Source: the human T2T-CHM13v2.0 reference genome, Homo sapiens. From it: a stretch of 64,000 nt of DNA. The stretch lies in assembly GCF_009914755.1 (NCBI RefSeq), contig NC_060946.1, one strand, 5' to 3'. Under the pieces are notes generated by a model. That model had not been told where the DNA came from and did not search any database. It was given only the letters and a program-made list of their open reading frames with translations. Below are positions 40,731-53,992 of the stretch, piece by piece; position 1 is the stretch's first letter; each line of letters starts with the position of its first letter. Position numbers and translations under genes: made by a program.

Positions 40731-42734
40731 TCGTAGTATCCTTAAAACTTTAAACAAGTATTTACAACCCAACACTCTGAAACTTTTTTGATTAGGAATT
40801 GCCTATATTTCTGTTTTTCACAATCATCCTCTGCCCTCCAGAGCATCTGGGCAGCATTCATGAAGGGAGTGCCCCACGTGAAGATCCAGGATTTATTTCC
40901 CAGTCACTGCACCTGTTCTGCAAGCTTTGGCATGCATGCCTAGACAATGACCATTACATAAAGACCACTGTGTGGTTAACAGACATGGCAAGGACATCCA
41001 GATTTCAGAGGTTTTAAAATGTGGAAGAAGATGTATCGTGGAATTGATGAAATATGGCATTCTTTAATATTACAGACAATGAGTATCAGAAAGCATTTGA
41101 TACTTGATAGCATTTGATACTTAATCAGTTGTAATATCAGCTTATACTTAAAATTATCTGTAAGTAATATATGTAAGTAAGCTTTATGATGGACAGGAAA
41201 CATAATTTTCTTTATGGTTCAAAGCTGTATCTGAAGTTCCTGGAAGAATATCAGGAACAAAGTAGGTGTTCAGGAAGTATGTGTTGAATGAATGAGACAT
41301 ATTAATTAAGTGAATGGGCTAATGGATGAAGGAATAAATGAATCCATTCAGTGAAATCTATTATTATTTTATTCAGATAAGAGTTATTGAGAGCCATTAA
41401 GTGTATTAAATTATAGAATGCTGCATGTTGTCTGTGTAAAGGATGCCCTTTGAGAGATAGTTATCTCCTCTTCTTGCCTCCCATTCATTCAGCAGGACAG
41501 AGTGACCCAGAAGAGCAGAGAGGCCAGTGGTTCCTAGCCCCTCGCACACAGCATGTGCTCATTGAAAACTGTGAGTGAATGGAGAGTGGATGGAGCCATG
41601 GACACTTGGACAGATGGATGGATGGTTGCACAGATGGATGGTTGGTTGTCAGCATAAAGAAATGCCTGTTAACGGGGCCTCTGATGCTTTTGGTTATCCT
41701 CCAGTAGGAAGGATTATGGATGATCCGTTTTACTTGCCTTGAACTCTGGGTGGCTTAGCACACATTCTTGGAAACAAAGACCCATGGATACCCTCATGAG
41801 ATGACCCAGAAAGTCAGGACTTTCCAGAGGGAGAAGGCTGAAGAAACACTGAGCCATAAAGCTCAGAAGATCCCAGGCTGCAAAGCCATCGACTATCTGA
41901 AGGAGGCCGGCCCCCTTTACTGCAGGCACTGCTGGCTCTGAGTGTGTCTGTGCCTGCTGGCTGATTCCCTGTGTGTCAGACCCGGGACACATCACCTCGG
42001 GGTGAGAATGTGTAACATCTTCGTGTGTGGGTGTAGCAGCTGCAGTGGGAACATGTCTGAATGACTTTGCACAGTTCTGGATGGCAAATAAATGTTTAAA
42101 TAGGTGCATCCTAGGAGGTACACTTCAGATCAGCTCTCACAGTCTAAGCATCACTTCCTCATGCAAAGCACTCTCTGCTGGGCTTTGACCTCTTGAGCTC
42201 CTTCCCTGTTATGTAATAGTATCTACCAACCAAATGAAAACTGGGGGTGCCCCCTAAGGCTCCAGCCTGTGAAGGTGGAGAGCCTCCTGCAGAGTCACAT
42301 GTCTGCAACCTTGTTAGGTTGTGACTCTGGCGATTCCATGAGGGGTGAGAGTTATGGCTGGTAACTTAGTAATTTGCATGCAGGGAGAAGCACCCAAGAT
42401 CTGTTGATTACTCGGCCCATTCTTTCTGACCCAGTCAAAGACGAGCCCTTCCTGGAAGAAGCCACGTGGGCCCCGGGGAGGGAATTGTGTTAGTAAATTT
42501 ACCGGCTCATCCTCTTCCACATCCATGACTCTGTGGGCAGAGAGAAAACTCAGAGTCCCAAAAAGGTGCCAGCAGATCAAAGGGAGGTGTAGACTTAATT
42601 TCAGGATAACATATTTATACAACATCTTTTATTTTTAGAATTTCATATTGGGGTCTAAAACCTCGAACTCCAGTGGAAGAAACCACTTGCATTTCCAAGG
42701 GGGTGACCCTCGAAGTTCTTTTTCCAGGGGAAAG

Positions 42735-42910
42735 ACATTTAATTTCATCTTGTCTTCCCATATTTGTTCCTGTTAGATTACATTAAACGAGTTATTTTTA
42801 ATCATTGTTCATAAATCACAGCAAGGGTACGCCCTGAGGCACAAAACATTTGCATAAAAATATTAATTGCCACTATCTCTCCTTTGGGGTTCGTGGGAAA
42901 TTAATGTGCA
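42735..42910. promoter_or_regulatory. Candidate enhancer: MEF2-like, SOX, PBX-HOX and octamer motifs
   Basis: TTATTTTTAA 42792, CATTGTT 42803, TCATAAATCA 42809, ATTTGCAT 42848; motif evidence only. Confidence 0.4.
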
Positions 42911-43518
42911 GGCAGCCAGTGGCAGGCACGAGGGCGGATAGAGGACAGGATGAAGGAAATGGCCTCCCTCAGGCTTTATGTCCTCCCCTGAGAAGTCTCC
43001 ATCAGTTCACAATGTACCACTCAGAACTTCAGGATTCTCCTCAGATGTCTCCTCCTACATGGAGCCTGCCTGGATTTCTCCTGTGTCACCTGTGCGCCAT
43101 GACTGAACCCCTCTTAGGAAACTGAACATCCTTCCGATTTCACACATCTGCGGACGTGTCCCCACGTGGACTGGGAGGCCGCTGCCTGTGGTTCCTGCCA
43201 GAGCACAGAGTGACCAGCAGAAGAATGAGGTGGGGCTGCCCTCTGTCTCCTGCACAGGCTTCCCCCACAGTCTGTGCTTCCTGAATACAGGCGCACATGA
43301 TGTTCTCTCTGAATTTACCCTTTTAATTAAAAACAGGAGTCATTAGACCATGAGCTGAGCCCAAGTCCCCGATTCCAAAACAGAAAGCAGACTGTTGTGT
43401 TCTGCTTCTATAAACCACCATTGCAGCCTGCATCTCTCCCACTGCATTGCTCACCAAGAGCAAGGCACGCATTAGGAAGCATGGCAACGTGTCTACCCAG
43501 GCCAGGAATTCTGTAAAC

Positions 43519-43982
43519 CAGAGCCTTAATCTCCAAAGCAGGCCTCACAGCAGGAGGTGAGCAGTGGGCAAGTGAAGCTTCATCTGTGTTCATGGCTGCT
43601 CCTCTCCCCATCACTCACATTACCGCCAGAGCTCCACCTTCTCTTAGGTTAGTGGCGGCATTGGATTCTCAGAGGAGCGTGGATCCTATTGTGAACTGCA
43701 CATGCCAGAGATCTAGGCTGCATGCTCTTTATGAGAATCTAATGCCTGATGATCCTTCACTGTCTCCAATCACCCCCAGATGGGACCAGCTAGTTGCAGG
43801 AAAACAAGCTCAGGGCTCCCTCTGATTCTACATGATGGTGACTTGTATAATTATTTCATTACATATTACAATATAATAATAATAGAAATGAAATGCATAA
43901 TAAATGTAATGTGCCTGAATCATCCCAAAACCACCCCCCCTCACCCTAGTCCATGGAAAAAAAAAATGGTTGGGGACTGCTG
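43519..43982 (+). mobile_element. MER1A hAT-Charlie DNA element
   Basis: tatgagaatctaatgcctgatgatc, cccccagatgggacc...gttgcaggaaaacaagctcagggctccc, ggttggggactgctg; 8-bp flanks ctgtaaac/ctgcagac. Confidence 0.85.
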
Positions 43983-44650
43983 CTGCAGACCATGTGTCCA
44001 CTCAGGAGTGCAGATCCAGAAGAGAAGGGAAGGGAGAAGGCAGGTGGGGTTTGGACGGCTGTGCTGGTTTATCCACTCTCCATTGCCCCATGCCCGTGGT
44101 ATAAATACCCCTGCTGTGGCTGAACTTGGGTGACCATCAGGGTATCATTGGCCTTGTCATCGGCTCTCCTGAGCTCCTACACGTGGGCTTCCATGCACCA
44201 CCCGGATGAGTACTGGCTTCTTGTTTCTTTTAGTTTTCTTTGCTTATTTATGTGTTTTTGCAAGAGGAGAGGCATAGCCCTGAAGTGACATCTGTTGTGC
44301 TGCAATCGAGATTCCAGTGCCAAGTTAAAGACAACTTCCAAATATAAGGGTTGTTACATATTTAGTTCAGGGCTAGCACAACAGCACGGCAGTTTGACCC
44401 ACATTACAGAAACTTTTTTGTATGTAAGTGAAAGGTATTATTGACAGTAAGTTTATAAGTGACTAGAAGGGCTTTGGCTAGAGAAGATTCACAGTATTGC
44501 CATGAGATCTTGTGAAGGAAACAGAGAGTGACTGAATTTGGCTGACATCATGAAGGTCTAAGGCAGCAGATAAGCTGCCTTCTTCTGCTTCCATTTTGTT
44601 ATTTTATTTGTCCATTCATTTATTGATTCATGGGTTGTTGTGTTCCTACC

Positions 44651-44713
44651 ATCTACCAGTCACGGTATTAAATCTACCAGTCATGGTATTAAATCTACCA
44701 GTCATGGTATTAA
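44651..44713. repeat. 21-bp tandem repeat x3 inside an L2 fragment
   Basis: atctaccagtca(c/t)ggtattaa x3. Confidence 0.95.
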
Positions 44714-45834
44714 ATGCTGTGACTTGGAGGTGAAAACCGAGGCACAATGATCCCTTCTGCCATTAAGCTTGTCATCCTGGAGCTTGGTCTCACCACCCAG
44801 GAACCTCCTACAATGAAATTCCCACATTTAGAGCGCCTGAGTTAATGGTATGATTGTGTGTGCATGTCAGTGTGGGGGGGGGGGGGTACCATGACAACTA
44901 ATGAATCTTAGAATCACTTTACTGGCTCCATCATAAATTATCCTAAACTTTCTTTGTTCATATTCATATTACAAAGTTAGACTATGCTGCCTGGCGTTGG
45001 AATCTGATAAAAATCTGATTTTATGTCAGCAACCAGCAATCTTCCCCGGTGGTAGATTGTCCAAGCTGGCCTTTGGTTTCTTGTGCAGTCCAGACTGAGA
45101 AGAAAGTCTTGGCATTTCTGAGACTGTAGGGGGTTGTTTCAGCCCATCTGAGCGTGGTGCACAAAGGCGGAAGCAGGCTGGTCCTCAAAGGACTACTCTG
45201 AGAAGGAGAAAGCAAAGGCTATGGGCTAAATGTCAGGGTCAGAGGAATGGCTCCAGCCCCGCAGAAAAAATTATGTGTCTCTAGCAACAACCGAAAGGAA
45301 ACAGGAAAGGAAAGAAAAATCCCTGAACACACTCCAGTCTCAGAGTGGGACAGGGCTGAGCTCCACTGGGCAGTTCCAGGTGGGGGGGTGGGAACATGAT
45401 CCTGTTCCTGGAAAAGTTCCAACAAGACAGCAGGCTATAGCCAGCCAGCTGCCTTGGGCACAACACAGAGCTTCCTAAAGACCTCAGGAGGTAGAAAATC
45501 CTAGATGCTGAGAGACTCACTCAGGAGGGGGCTGAGTGGACAGAGGTGGATTTGAAATCTGAGACCCTGGTATCATTCCAAGGCCTCTGGCCCTCAGCCT
45601 CAAGAGGAACAGAGCTTACTCTTCCCTGATAATGTATGGACAGGAAGCTGCTAATCCCCTGTTCAGTGAGCCACCCTTCTGCCCATGGGCTGAGGCAGCA
45701 ACTTTGTCTCTAGATCACCAGGCAGGGCTCCCTTAGATGAAGACTGACCACAGCCTGAAGCCATGGCCCCAATTGCGTGGGCTCTGAATGATGTTGTTCC
45801 TCAGACAGATATTTTAGGTAGACTGAGACAGCAA

Positions 45835-46050
45835 CTTAGTGTATTTAAAAGAAAACAGGCTTGAAAACGGAGGGGGCTCCGTTCAAGTCCTGGCTAAACC
45901 TTGCCAACTCTCTGACCTTAGAGAACCAACTACTATTTCTGCATGTGGACGTCTTCATTGGTAGCATAGAGATGCCCTGATCTCTCCTGAAGGGCTGAGG
46001 CAGAAATGGGAGGCCAGGTATGCCTGTATCTCAGGCACTTCACAGACAGT
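45835..46050 (+). mobile_element. MIR remnant
   Basis: gttcaagtcctggct...tgaccttagag...cttcattggtagcatagagat. Confidence 0.55.
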
Positions 46051-46429
46051 TGAAATTAACACATGCAGGCTAGTTGGCTGAATGGAACACAAAACTCAGG
46101 CCGTTTTCTCTGGTCTTTTGATCCAAACACTTTCATATCTGAAATACCCAAAGGAAATGAATATTTTGCAAGCATAGGAGCAATAGGGGGGTCAGGAGTT
46201 GCCTTTGAATGCTCTGGAAAAGCAAAAGCTTCCTTTCCTCTCTTTGCTTGGCTGAGGAGCCCAGATCAAAGGTCCCCACTCTCCCCACAGTGCTGTTCTC
46301 TGGGGACATCATTACCATGGACCCAGCCATTTGTTGGTTTCAGTGCGGTGGTGTTTACACAGAACGACTTTACTGGCTGTCCCTCCTCTTGTCCCAGGAA
46401 ATGTCTTTTGTTTTATCAGGCAGAGCAAC

Positions 46430-47620
46430 AAAATCATATGATGAAATAATCATCAGGATAATTAACCCCTTTCATCAAGAGAGCTAAGAACACACATTTA
46501 AGGACCACATATTAATAGCAATAATATTTAGAACTGGAAAAAATGATTTTATTGCTGCAGAAAGACCTGAGGAGTAGGTTGGCCCCTCTAATTGATGCTG
46601 AGTGTGAATCTGCGAGTTGGGCAGCACACAAACGTTAATTAGTTTGTGCTCGGGCACACACCAGCTCCAGTACACTCAAGTTTCATCCCAAATTGCTGCT
46701 ACCATTTCCCACTTTCTTCCTGGTAGACATTATTACATTTGTGATGATTCAAATAGATTTTCTGCAGGCATTAAATTTTTAGTAAACAGACCCAAATTAA
46801 CAGCTATTTATGACATTTTACTCTAGGGATCAAATCAAAAGCACTCATTTCATATATAAATATCTCTTCTTCTCTGCTTTTAATGAACGGGTATTTTTGT
46901 TGCTGCTGTTGTTGTTGAAGGCAAAATTAGACACATGCCTCACCCCTCCAGGCTGCCTAATCATACGTGCTCCGTCCCTCCAATTGAGAGAACGTTATTA
47001 CCTTTAGGAGTGAAGACAGAAGCATGTTAATTTTCCATAATTCAGTGAAACAAAGCATAGATCTGAAATCTCCCTCTGTGGAACTCCTTTCTCATCTACA
47101 GTAATGGGCTGCCTTTTAATGAAAACAATTCAGCCTGTTCTAATGTCACCATCAGGGCAACACGGACTTCACTGGATCCTGATTTGGGAAGACGGTCTTT
47201 TCATTATTCTTGGTGTTGTGCAGGCAATAAAGGAACTCGAGTGTCTATGAGTGACCTTGCTGGTGGCAACGTTGTGTTTAGTGCTAATGAGGATGGCTTC
47301 ACGGTGCAAGGATGAAAGGGCTGGTGGAGGGGTTTTGGCAGCCGCGAGCATCCGTCCGCTTCCCGCACTGATGGGAGGTGCTCACAGCTTATTTACTGCG
47401 TGCAAAGATGAAATACTGTCATACCTGGGCAAAGCTAACTGTCTGTTGGCATAGAGACCAAATTTTGGACTCCAGTAAATTTTGCAGAATCACAGATGAC
47501 AGGTCAAACTGTGTTTTTTCCCCTTTAATGGGGAGAAATTACAAGTTTTCATTCACATTTCACGAATGGACAGGCAAATGGGCAAGGTGTCATTGATACC
47601 ATGTTGATTGAGAAATGTCT
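46430..47620. promoter_or_regulatory. Candidate conserved non-coding element or developmental enhancer
   Basis: About 1.2 kb with no recognisable repeat, dense in TAAT/ATTA, SOX, MEIS and HOX motifs; motif evidence only. Confidence 0.45.
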
Positions 47621-47801
47621 TCTAGATGAAGATGGCAAATTTAACACACTCACTTAGCTCTTTCTCTTCTCAAACCCTCATTACAATTACGACAGAAGGA
47701 TTTTTCAAAAGGCCTAAGCCCACATGACAAAGGGAACAGATGAAGACGACACAATTTTGAAAACGGGAAAGAAAAGGCTCAGTGAAAGTGACTTAGTACA
47801 C

Positions 47802-48010
47802 AGTATCTTGGTTTGGGGCCTCATCAAGGTGAGGCTTCAAGTACAACTAGCTTATTCAAAAGGTGAAGAGAACTCCCACAGGGATGCGGGAAAGTGAGAC
47901 GGGGAAAGGAAGTCACCAGGAATGGGCGCATCTTCAAGCCAGTTACCACCAGGGGCAACTTGAACCCGACCTGCTGGGGAGAGTCTGGAAGCCAGGGTAG
48001 AACACCTACC
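47802..48010 (-). mobile_element. LTR16-like ERVL LTR fragment
   Basis: gggaaagtgagacggggaaaggaag...caagccagttaccaccaggggcaact. Confidence 0.6.
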
Positions 48011-48084
48011 TTCCTTCATTAGTAGGGTGCAAGAAAATTCTGAGGGAACCTTTCAGAAACTAACAGTACAAAGAAATGGAGAAT

Positions 48085-48180
48085 AGCAGAGGAATAAGAA
48101 GAAGGAGAAGGAGGAGAGGAAGAGGAAGAGGAAGAAGAAGAAGGAAGAAGGAAGAAGAAGGAAGAAGGAGAAGAAGAAGG
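48085..48180. repeat. (GAA/GGA)n purine tract
   Basis: Direct read. Confidence 0.9.
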
Positions 48181-48399
48181 TCTGTCCAGGACTTCACATA
48201 TCGTCATGGTTAAGCTTCAAAAGGAGAGACTATCCATGTGGAAGGGAGGGGAAAATAGCAAAGAAATAATTTAAGAACATTTCCCAGTACTGAGGTCATA
48301 AGTTTCCAAATTGAGTTTTCTCTTAACCCCCACTTTTCCCACCAACTACTACATTTATTTTTACTCTGTTTTGCAACAAAGATTATTATCTGTGACCTG

Positions 48400-50090
48400 T
48401 CTCTCATTCTTTTCTAAACTGACATCAATGAGGCATCCAGTCACCAGTAACTTTCATATTGCTAGACCAGCAGTCAGTTCTCAGGTGCCGTGTGGTTTGC
48501 TCTCACAGCAGAGCTTGTATGTGCTGTTTGCATGGCTTCCCAACCTCGCCCCCTCTTGCTCATTTTGTCTTCTCCTTCCCGCCTCACTGATTGCTCTTTC
48601 TCAGCCTCCTGTTCTGGCACCTCCTATTCTCTTTGAGCTTTAATTGTTGGAGTGCCCCAATATTGGATGTTCTGCATGAGGTCCAAACTCACCGTCTCCA
48701 TGGCTCTCATTCAGGGCAAGATCTTGAAGCCCATCCCTATTTTAAGGACTCTATGTCTGCAGATTAGAACTTTCCTCCTAATCCCAGACTAATCTATCTA
48801 GCTGTACTTGTCACATTCTCTGGATGTCTGTCATCTCAGACTCAAAATGTACAAAATTAGATGCCTCACCATCCCCCCAAATTCCACTTCACCCACAGCC
48901 TTCCTCATCTCAGCAATGCTACGTCTACTCCTTTTAGTTGCTCAAGCCGAACATTTTGCAATCATCTTAAGCTCCTCTTTTTCTTTTTTCTTTCCACCTC
49001 CAATATAACAGGAAATCCCACTGGCTCTGCCTTCAGGATGTATTTAGAATGTAACCAGTTCTCTCCTTCACTGCTGCTGCTGTACTGAGAGCATCCACTT
49101 TGTCTCTCGTCGGCACTGCTACGGGTCTTCCCAACAGGCCTTCCTGCTTCTACCCTCACACAGGCTGTCCTTAACTCCGGAGTGACAGTAAGACTGTAAA
49201 GCTGTGTTAACTCATTGTCACTACTCTGCTAAGAGGCCTGCTTGGGTCCCTCTATAACTCGGAAGAAAAGTCAGAGCACCCCATCCCCACTCCTAGAAGC
49301 TGATAAGGGCCTCATGATCTCTCTGTCTCATCATCTACCACTCTCCCTAGCTGTCAGTCTACCCCTGCCACTCTAATTCCCTGATGTTTCTTCAACATTG
49401 CCAGGAACCTGCTTACCTCAGAGCCTGCTGCGGACTGAGTTGTCTTCTCCAAAATCCATTTGTGGAGGCCCTCATCCCCAATGGGAGAGTATTTGGAGAT
49501 GAAGCATTTGGAGGTGATTAAGCTTAGATGAGCTCAGAGTGGAGCCTCAGGATGGCATCGATGCCCTGGTAAAGAGGGACACTGAGACCTGGCCCTCCCT
49601 TGCTCTCCACCGTGTGAGGACACAATGAGATGGTGGCCACCTACAAGCCAGGAACTGAACCCTACGGGGCCTTGACACTGGCCGTTCCAGCCTCCAGAAT
49701 GGCTAGGAATAAATGTCTGCTCTTTAAGTCACTGGGCGGTGGAGCTTTGTTATGGCAGCACCAGGGGCTGGTTGAGAGCCTTTGCATGGCTCTTGTTCCA
49801 CCTGGAATGAGATTTCTAACTCTTGGCTACCTCACCCCCTTACCTCATTGTTTCATGTTGCAACCACCCACCCACTCCCCATGTCTCTGGCATTCTCATT
49901 TATTTTTTCTTTGATTTCATAGAACACATCACAAAGCCATTTGCTCATGCATGATGTTTATTGTCTATTTTCTATCTCCCTGCTAGAGGGTAAGATGCTC
50001 AAGAACACTGCTCTGTCTGCCTCCCTGGACCCAGAAAATGCTTGGCGTGTGGTAGAACTTAGATATATTTGTGTTGAATAAATTAATTGA
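48400..50090 (+). mobile_element. L2 element 3' portion, split by MLT1A0
   Basis: cccagactaatctatctagctgtactt...cagccttcctcatctcagc...cctcagagcc[LTR]tttgcatggct...gatatatttgtgttgaataaat. Confidence 0.75.
49426..49775 (+). mobile_element. MLT1A0-like MaLR solo LTR
   Basis: gtatttggagatg...gtgtgaggacaca...ttccagcctccagaa...aataaatgtctg; exact 5-bp TSD gagcc at 49421 and 49776. Confidence 0.85.
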
Positions 50091-50321
50091 AGGGGTTTGC
50101 AGACTATTCAGTACAATCGATTATAAAAACCCGAACCAGCCCCATCATTGCTAAACTTTAATGAGGCAAGTAGGATATCATTTTTAGTGGGAAAAATCAG
50201 GTTCATTCAAAGTGTTGGGGAATCCAGTGCTATCAAACTTCTCAACAGCAACCTTGAAAGCTAGGAGATAGATAATGCCTTCAAATTTCTAGAGGAAAAT
50301 ATCTCTCACGTAGCATTTTCT

Positions 50322-50628
<307 letters not shown>

Positions 50629-51491
50629 TCACATAGCATTTTCTACTCAGCCCAACTTTCATTCACATAGGAGGGAAGAATAAAGGCATTTTCTTACATG
50701 CAGACTCTAAGCAGATATTACTCATTTGCCTTTTTTGGGGACAGTCCTGTAGCATGTGATTCAACAAAACACATCCATAAACCAAGTAGCTCCAAGAAAC
50801 AGTGACTACACCCAGGAAGGAAAGGAAGAGGCTGTCCAGGATGGTGATGATGAACATCCAAGAAAGCAATTATCAGACAAAGGGACATACATTGACAGGG
50901 GCGTGTGCATCGGCAGGGGAGTTGCAGGATATACCAGTCCTAAGCACATTAAAATCTCAAAAAAAAAAAAAAAATATTTCAACAAGATGATTATCCCTGA
51001 AGAAAACAAAGTTCATTAAAGGAGATGTAATTATAGTGCATTAAACGTTCTAGCCAAGAGCACTATTTACATAATGATGATGATATAAATATGTAATCAT
51101 CATCCACCACAACTATGTTGGGGAAAGGTGAAGCCAGTGTGAGTGTGTGAATGCCTGTGAGAGAATGTGAGTGAATGTGTGTGTGCTAGTGTGTCAAGTG
51201 TGTGCCATTGTGTATGAGTGTGTGTGAATGTGTGTGAGAGTGTGTGTATGGGAGTGTGCATGTGATGAGCCACATCCATAAGCTGAATCATCTTCAAAAG
51301 ATGAGACCTAAACCTAACAATTCAAGTAACAGGATGAAAGTATGTGACTTGAAAATATGGAGTTAAATATCAAAAAAAGGTCCTTGCATCTGGGAAGCAA
51401 GAATCAAAGGTGGATGAGAAGGGGCACAAACTGCTGTTTTAAATTTTAAGCACTGTAGCATCCTTGTTTTTAAACAACCATTTACATGTAT

Positions 51492-51493
<2 letters not shown>

Positions 51494-51531
<38 letters not shown>
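51494..51531. repeat. (GT)19 microsatellite
   Basis: Direct read; a degenerate TG-rich tract also lies at about 51135-51265. Confidence 0.95.
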
Positions 51532-51533
<2 letters not shown>

Positions 51534-52039
51534 CTTAGACAAAATTAAGACTTTTTTTCTGCTTTGTTTCCCCCCCCCCAGCTTTTCTCAAGAGATCCAC
51601 AATCCGGAGGGAAGACCCACAGGCTTCCCAGCATTCACACAGCATCATTCCCTTTGCCTCCAGTCCCTCCTGATAGTGCATGACCCCACTGGCCGTCCGG
51701 ATGGATAGGCCTGGGACTCTGTTATTCCAAACCCACCCAACCTCACACATCCTTTCCCTACATCTCTGCATGTCTCATTCTTTCTTGTCTTTCAAATTCA
51801 GGGCACACCTCCGTCTGCTCCCTCATAGAAAGGCCATCTCTCTCTCTGTCTCTTAACCTCTCTCTCTCTTTCTCTCTCTGTCTTCCTTAAACTGTTATTG
51901 TGCTTGCTCCATGTCTTCTATGGTCTTTGCCATTTTCTAATTGCAGTTATAACCATTTGTGGCTGTGTCTTATTCACTCCTCGTTAAGTTCTTCAAAGTC
52001 AGTTTGAAATTCTAGAATATACTACATGGAGGAACACTA

Positions 52040-52925
52040 TTCTATTAGTACTTTTTAAGACCCACTCTTTTTTAATGTCTCTTTTTTAAAACTTTTATTC
52101 TCATTATAATATATCCTTATCTCTGTTTTGTTTGGGATTATTCTTCTGTACCTCTTATAACTACTTAACTGGGCACTTAGATCATTAGTGTATAGGCTCC
52201 TTATTTCCAGATTGTAGGTTTGAAGCTTAAATTTTTCTCTCAAAACTGCTTTTTCTAGATTATGTTAATATTTGGTGTAGTATTTTTATCATTTACTTTG
52301 AAATGTTTTAATTTCCCTGATGAGTTCTTATTGACTTGTAGCTATTATTAATACACATATTTTAAAATGTGTGAATATTGTTACAAACTTAAAATATTAA
52401 TGTGCTTTGAAAAATGATCCTCGTGATAGCATCTCACTGCGATTTCCCAGACCTAGCACATGGCCTACCTTGGTCTATGCCCCACATGAGTTTGTTTTCT
52501 CTAATAAGTGGGTACATTGATCTGGTAAATGAATCACACTTTAATTGCATTTTTATATATATATATTTTTATTATACTTTAAGTTCTAGGGTACATTATT
52601 TCAACAGTTGATACTTTCTTTATTTGGTTTGTTGACAATCGAGAGAAGAATGTTAAAAACTCACACTTTGATTATATATATATTAATTTCTCCCTGTAGT
52701 TTTGAAATTTTTTGCTCTATCAATTTTAGGTGTGTTTTATTAAGTGCAAATGAGCTTAGAAATGTGATATCATTATCATAAGTAATAACTTCAATCATTT
52801 TGTATAAATTGTTATCCTTGACAATTATTTTGACTCAATATAGACATACTTTCTGCATTTTTGTAGAGCTATCTCCTCTTCTTTTTGGTTCCTATTGCCT
52901 GCTGTGTTTTTTCCCATCTGTTTTG
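52040..52925 (-). mobile_element. Old L1M remnant
   Basis: T-rich; gagagaagaatgttaaaaactcacactttgatt...atttctccctgtagtt. Confidence 0.6.
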
Positions 52926-52926
52926 T

Positions 52927-53450
52927 TAATAGTTATCTAAAGCTGCATAACAGATATCCTAAAATTATGTGGCTTTAGAACAACCTACCCCTTGTTGTCC
53001 TACAGTTTCTTTGGGTTAGGAATCTGGGAGTGGCTTAGTTGGGTACCTCTGGTTAGCAGTGTCTTACGAGGCTGAACTGAAAGTAGTGGATGTGGCTGTG
53101 GTCTCATCTGAAGGCATGACTGAAGGAGGACTTGGTTCCAAACTCACTCACCTGGTTGCTGAAAGAACTCAGCATCTTACAAGCTGCTCACTAGGGACTT
53201 CTCTCAGATCATTGACCCATGGGATTCTTTTCAGAACAGCTTATAAAATGGCATCTGGCTTCAATCAGATGAACACTGAGGAAGCAGAGAGTGAGCAAGC
53301 TGGGAACCTAATCTCAGAAGCAGCATCCCTCCAACTTTGCTGTATTCTGTGCACTAAAATCAAGTCTCTAGGACCAGCCCACAAACAAGGAGAGGAGAGT
53401 GTGAAGATTGTGGGGACCATTGGAAGTCCCCTGAGATGTTGCCTACACAC
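52927..53450 (-). mobile_element. MLT1F-like MaLR LTR
   Basis: acagtttctttgggttaggaatctgggagtggcttagttggg...gtctcatctgaaggcatgactg...ttccaaactcactcac. Confidence 0.75.
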
Positions 53451-53539
53451 AGTCTCTTCACTCTCAAACTTTCCATCTCTGTATATTTTTGGCAGGTCTC
53501 TTATATTCATATCCAAACTATGACATCTGTCTGTTAACC

Positions 53540-53702
53540 TTTTCTTTTTTTTTTTTTGAGATAGGGTCTCACTCTGCCACCAAGGCTAGAGCACAGTAGT
53601 GCAATCATGAGTCACTGCAGCCTCCACCTCCTGCTCAAGCAATTCTCCCACCTCAGTCTCACAAAATATTGGGATTACAGGCATGAGCCACTGTGCCCAG
53701 CC
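53540..53702 (-). mobile_element. Alu monomer (FRAM-like or deleted AluJ)
   Basis: Single arm about 160 bp; flanks tctgttaacc / tctattaact. Confidence 0.8.
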
Positions 53703-53774
53703 TCTATTAACTTTTGAGTTTTATGATTTTTCATTTATTTTCATTACTGAAAACTTTGAATTTTTACCTTATTC

Positions 53775-53992
53775 TATATACAAATATATAAAATAATATT
53801 TATAAATAACACACATATATACATAATATATACTATATATAAATAATATATACAATAATATATCATATACAAGTAAATAATATATAAATAATATATAACA
53901 CAAATAATATATAACATATATAAATAACTATGTATAATATATTAAAATATATAATACACAAATAACATATATATATGTAATATATATATATT
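53775..53992. repeat. AT-rich (TA)n low-complexity tract
   Basis: Direct read. Confidence 0.9.

Noticed and set aside
47944-47957. CTCF-like ccaccaggggcaac (also gccaccaggtggat at 28767)
   Set aside because: One G short or missing the conserved GGC, and both lie within repeat relics
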